DNA of 35,650 nt from assembly GCA_010405405.1 (NCBI GenBank), contig MU004234.1, positions 726,993 through 762,642 of the forward strand. Reading direction: 5' to 3'. Source of the stretch: Microthyrium microscopicum (Eukaryota). The translations under genes were made by a program, and so were the position numbers. This document shows positions 30,901 to 35,650 of this stretch, piece after piece. The notes beneath the pieces were generated by a model. It did not search any database. It was not told the origin of the DNA and was given only the letters and a program-made list of their open reading frames with translations. Position 1 is the first letter of the stretch; every line of letters starts with the position of its first letter.

Positions 30901-33900
30901 TAAGCCTATGCTAAGGCATAGGTTGGGTAACCTATTAGGGTTGACCCAATATATATAGGTTCTTAGCATTAGGTTAGGTTTTAAAAATATTTTATAAAAC
31001 CTATACCTAACCTAAGTAAGATAAAATTATTATAGGTTAGACCTAAGGAACCTAAAGGACCTAAATTAGGAACCTATTAAATAAAGTTTATTTAGTATAT
31101 AACTTATTTAGGTTATAAAAAAAAGGTTACTATACCTAATATAGTTAGTAAAAGCTAAATAGGTAGAGATAATCTAGTATATAAATTAAAGAGTTAAAAA
31201 AGTATTAATTAAAATATTTAGTATAGTATATAGATTAAACTATATATTAACTAGCTACTATTACTAAAATCCTAATAACTAGTTTAAACCTTTTTCTTCT
31301 TACTAGCCTTATTAGAGACTATACTTATTAGTAGTTACTTTTACTTATTCTCTAATTCCTACTAAAAGGTAGACTTAAATATTAGTTTATAAACTCTTTT
31401 ATTAGTAGTTATTATAAGTAGAAACTTACTAATATCTTTTAGTAATTATCTATAAAAAAAGTCTTAAGTATTACTATCCTTTACCTTATTACTATTCTTA
31501 CTATTATCTAAATTTATACTATAGAATCTAGAAGAGGTCTTTAAGCCTATAGATTTACTAGTATTAGTACTCTTAAGGTTTTTTTCTTCTTTAGTAAACT
31601 TAAAATTAGTATTATTTTTATTATTAAAACTATCTTTACTAGCTTTATTTATGTTCTTATTTAAAATATTATTATCCTTACTTAAATTATTTAAATTATC
31701 TTCTCTATTAGAAATAATAAGTAACCTATCTAAATCTTTATAATAAGTTATATAATTAAATATTTAATAGTATATAGTATTAAGATTACTAAAATGAATA
31801 TAATTAAGTAGGGTATTTATAAGTTATTTTATAATTATATTAATATATTTTTTATATATACTAACCTCTACTTTAATCTTATTAAAATTACCTTAATAGT
31901 CTAAAATATTAGCTATTAATTTAGTAAACTTATTATTATTATATTAATAGAGTATATCTTATAATAGTATAAGGTTATAAAATATCTAAGAAAAGTAAAG
32001 ATAATTATATTTAGATTAGTTATAAATAATAGAAAAGATATATTCTACTCTAACTTTAGTAGCTAATATATAAAAATAATTACGTGCTATATAAGCTATT
32101 ATTAAATAAAGGTCTAGATTATTATTTTCTTTCTATATAAGAAGAGAATTATTATTCTTTATAAATACTATTATTATATTAGTAAATTATAAATAATATA
32201 ATAATAAAGATATACTACTTTTAAAGTATTATATAAACTTATTAAATAAAGATAAGCTAGTTAGGCTATTATCTACTATAATATTATTATTATCTATAAT
32301 TAGTTCTATATTATTAAATTAAGTATTTAAATTACTATACTTCTTAAGCTAAACTTTATAAAGATCTTTAATTATTACGTTACGTTAAAATAAACTATTT
32401 AAATTAGAGTAATCTTTCTACTAAGAATTAGTAAAGATAGACTTAGCTATATAAGGAGATAATAATTAACTAAAAGTATAAATACGTTATAGTTAAATAT
32501 TAATTTATATTAAGTTAAAATATACTTATAGTTTTCTTTAAGCTTCTTTTAGACTAGACTAAAGTTTACTCTACTAATATAGTTAAGTACTTACTAGTAT
32601 ATATTTACTTAGAATAGCCTCTTTATTATTAATATATTAAAAGAGCTTTTAGAAGTATAAAAGGACTTTATAAATAGATAAAGCCTTAAATTTATTAAGA
32701 ATCTAAATTATAGCGTTAAATAGAGTAGTAAACTAAACTAAATACTTAATATTAGCCTATTCTATATTAAATAGTATAAGAATCCTTACCTATTACTAAT
32801 CTTTCTTTTTTCTAGCTTTATAAGCTTTAGTAATAAAAAAGTATATAAGAAGCATCTTAATAATTTAAAAGTAAAGTCTTATTATTATTATTAAGTCTTA
32901 GCGTATTTTAATATCTTAGATTAGCTAAAAGTTACTATAAGAATTAAGATTATTCTAGTATTTATTAATAAAGTATAGATTAGATATTTAGAATTTATTA
33001 GAATAAAAACTAGCTAAGTAAGTAAGAAACCTAAAAAGATATAGTTTAGAAGAGCTAATATACTTAGTAATACTATAAGCCTAAATTATATTAGCTATTC
33101 TAATTAATACTTTTTTAACTTACTAAAAATAAGAACTAACTTATCTTATATAAAATAAGAATAACTAAGCTATATTTTATAATAAGTTTCTTCTCTTTTA
33201 AAATATCTTCTTTAATAAATACTTATTTAATTTCTTTATCTATAGACTTATAGCTAAGATAAGAAAGTAAAGCGCCTTATACTAGTTAAATAATATAAGA
33301 TATATAAAGAACTTAAATAATACTTATAATACGCTTAAAGTATTAATATATATTTAATATAGATATTATTATTTTATTATTACTAGCATTATTAACTATA
33401 ATAAAGCAAACTTTCTTAGTAATACTATATTAATTAAATATATTACTTATAAGTTTAGTATAAGCCTTATCTATAGACTTTCTAATAGTAGAAAAAAAGC
33501 TAAGAAGCTTCTCCTTTTATTCTTACTATAAAGTAATCTATTATCTAATAATAGCTAAGTACTCTTTATAAGTAAAATTTAAAGACTACCTATCTAGCTA
33601 AATACTAATATATATATTATTACCTAGCTAAATAAACTTCTCTCTTAACTTTATAAGATTAATTATAACTTATCTTATAACTTTTAAAGTAATAGTTTTC
33701 TATAAAGTAAATTAAGGTTAAATACCTAATAGTATATAGTAATTAATAACTTACTATATAAATTATAATTTAAATATACTAAGAGGAAGACCCTTAGCTA
33801 TAATTAAACGCGTTTATAAAATAAGAAAATTTTATAGTATAATCTTATACTTATTAAAGCTATAAGTAGCCTTAAGCTTTACGTTATATATCTATAAATA

Positions 33901-34620
33901 TTATAATTAATAATAATATAGTATAGTAGAAATTAAATATACTAGAGTTATAGTTAATCTTATTTAATTAAGTATAATCTAATTTTTATTACCTTTAGCT
34001 ATAGTAATATTATTATAATCTTAGAAAGTAATATACTTATTAAGTAATCTTTATTTAATAAGAGAGGTACTAGTATTATCTTTATAAAGATGATAATATT
34101 TAAGGAACTTATAATAATAAATATAGTAATAATAAGACTAGCTAGTAGACTTAAAGGCACCTACTTATATACTATTTTAAATAGGGCTTTTTTTCTTATT
34201 ATATTAATAAAAATCTATTTATATAGGAATTAGCCTTTCTTAGTTAATAGTAAACTAAGATATAATTTACTACTAAGTCTAGAAATAGTTATTAGTATCC
34301 TTACTCTATAAATATACCTTTTTTTCTTAATTACTAGATTCTTTTAATACCCTAAGTATTATACTAAAAATAAAAGAGATAGATACTAGTAGGCTAAAAG
34401 ATAATATACTAATAGGAAAGTTTAAGATAGTACTATTAGTAATAGTATCCTTATCTTAAATAGTAGGTTATAATAATAAAAAGGAAGTTATTAAGCTAGT
34501 TTTAAATATAAAGGAATTAGAAATAGAAGTAAAAAAAGATATAATTTAAAGTAGCGTTAACTTTATTAAAAAAACCTAAGGTTCTAAAGGAATAAAATTA
34601 GTAAGTTAAAAAAGTATTAA
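30901..34620 (-). mobile_element. RIP-mutated hAT-superfamily DNA transposon; right boundary approximate
   Basis: Short GGTTRGGT/ACCYAACC subterminal-type motifs at 30920-31080. hAT transposase motifs are recoverable on the minus strand after reversing RIP changes. A similar ACCTAAGGTTCT motif occurs near 34575. Confidence 0.75.
31990..33610 (-). pseudogene. hAT transposase relic: catalytic core and C-terminal dimerisation domain
   Basis: The minus strand reads ISI*LDR*S (LDGWS, 33597-33586), YLAIIR**IT, KEKLLSF, KVCFIIVNNASNN (DNASNN, 33393-33376) and *KE...IARNYFYILATKVRVEYIFS (W..MARDY.IPAT.VGVERIFS, about 32135-32031). The substitutions needed to restore these motifs are C>T or G>A. Confidence 0.82.
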
Positions 34621-35650
34621 TTAAAAATTTAGTATTATTTATATTATCTTATAATATTATTTATAAAAACTTCTATTTATTCTTCCTCTCCTTTTAATAT
34701 TAATTAATTATACTCTATATTCTAATTATCTACTTCTTAATTATACTAATTTAACTAATCTAATAATTTAGAAGATAACTAATATAACGTATTTCTCTTT
34801 TTAACCTCTTATATTACTATGCTATTAAACTCTTTCTTAATCTATTATATTTTTTAGCTCTCCTTAGAACTACTTAGCTTAGTCTTCTTTCTTTAAAAGT
34901 AATTCTATAAACTAGAGATTTATAAAGTTATTCTTTTATATAATCTATACTTAGTCTAATTATTACTAGTAGTTAGCTATTTTATTTTTCTTAACTAGTA
35001 TATTTACTAAAAAGTAATACTAGTTCTACCTAGGTAGTTATAATATATTATATAAGATATGCTAAATCTAAAAATTATTTCTATAATTAACTTTATTATA
35101 CTACTTAATATAATATTTAAACTTTAAAGTAAGAATATCCTAATAGCTTATTAATCTCTATACTTAATTTAAAAAGATAATATACTAATTAACCTCTATT
35201 ATATTTTCCTTATTATAGTAATAAAAAATGCTATCTAAATTAATCTACTTATATCTTTATATCTAAATAATAATTAAATAGTAGAGAATATTTTAGTCTA
35301 AAAATAATTATAAGGCTAGAAATAAGTAACTAAGGTACTTCTTACTTTAATTATTTTTAGTTATAAAGATTATACTACTAGAAAAAATTATAACTATTAT
35401 TAATAGCTATTTAAAGAGTATTATTACTAAAGTACCTACTAAAAAATAATAATTAGCTATTTATAAATTATATAACGCTTTTATATAGAAAGTTTTAGAA
35501 CTATAGTCTTAAAGAGTAAATAAGTATAGATATTAATAGTAGGAAGTATAAGTAGTATTATTATTATTATAGTAATTTAAGTTTATACTATTTATACTAA
35601 CTAGAAATATTTATAATAAATTCTTTAAAGTTTATTATATAAAAGTATAT

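Larger units (their letters stand above)
30901..35650. other. AT-rich block with the signature of repeat-induced point mutation (RIP), continuing beyond the window
   Basis: Abrupt composition change; TpA is pervasive, CpA/TpG almost absent; no ORF in the supplied track extends beyond 30969. Confidence 0.93.

Noticed and set aside
30920..31080. TTAGGG-like motifs suggesting a telomere
   Set aside because: Not a tandem array; the motifs occur in both orientations, consistent with transposon subterminal repeats.
30901..35650. Possible mitochondrial insertion or contaminant AT-rich DNA
   Set aside because: The specific CpA/TpG depletion with TpA excess and the recoverable hAT motifs indicate RIP-mutated nuclear repeats.

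Overview
Genomic DNA from a filamentous ascomycete: short GT/GC-AG introns with CTRAY branch points, and a RIP-type AT-rich block. Positions 1-30,900 are gene-rich. They hold a partial low-complexity gene, a single-pass membrane protein, a mitochondrial oxoglutarate/dicarboxylate carrier, a C2H2-like orphan, a head-to-tail array of four diverged F-box/zinc-finger paralogs (8.6-13.3 kb), a DUF2235/Tle1-like hydrolase, MED7, a PAP2/DPP1-like phosphatase, a PL1 pectate lyase, a DUF3112-type membrane protein, two hypothetical genes, an SFT1-like SNARE with a GC-AG intron, and an ankyrin + CorA-like gene. At about 30,901 the sequence switches abruptly to RIP-mutated DNA, in which a hAT transposase is still readable after reversing C>T/G>A changes; this element appears to have cut off the 5' end of the ankyrin gene. 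The most unusual element is the F-box array. All four copies share one architecture: a TATA box 81-83 nt before an 11-nt leader exon, an F-box + CxxC...CxxC exon, a phase-2 intron and a Y-[FIL]-W last exon. One copy has ATT at the start position, one has an in-frame UAG ahead of an intact last exon, and one has its UAG inside a hairpin. All gene models were spliced by eye; no database searches were run.
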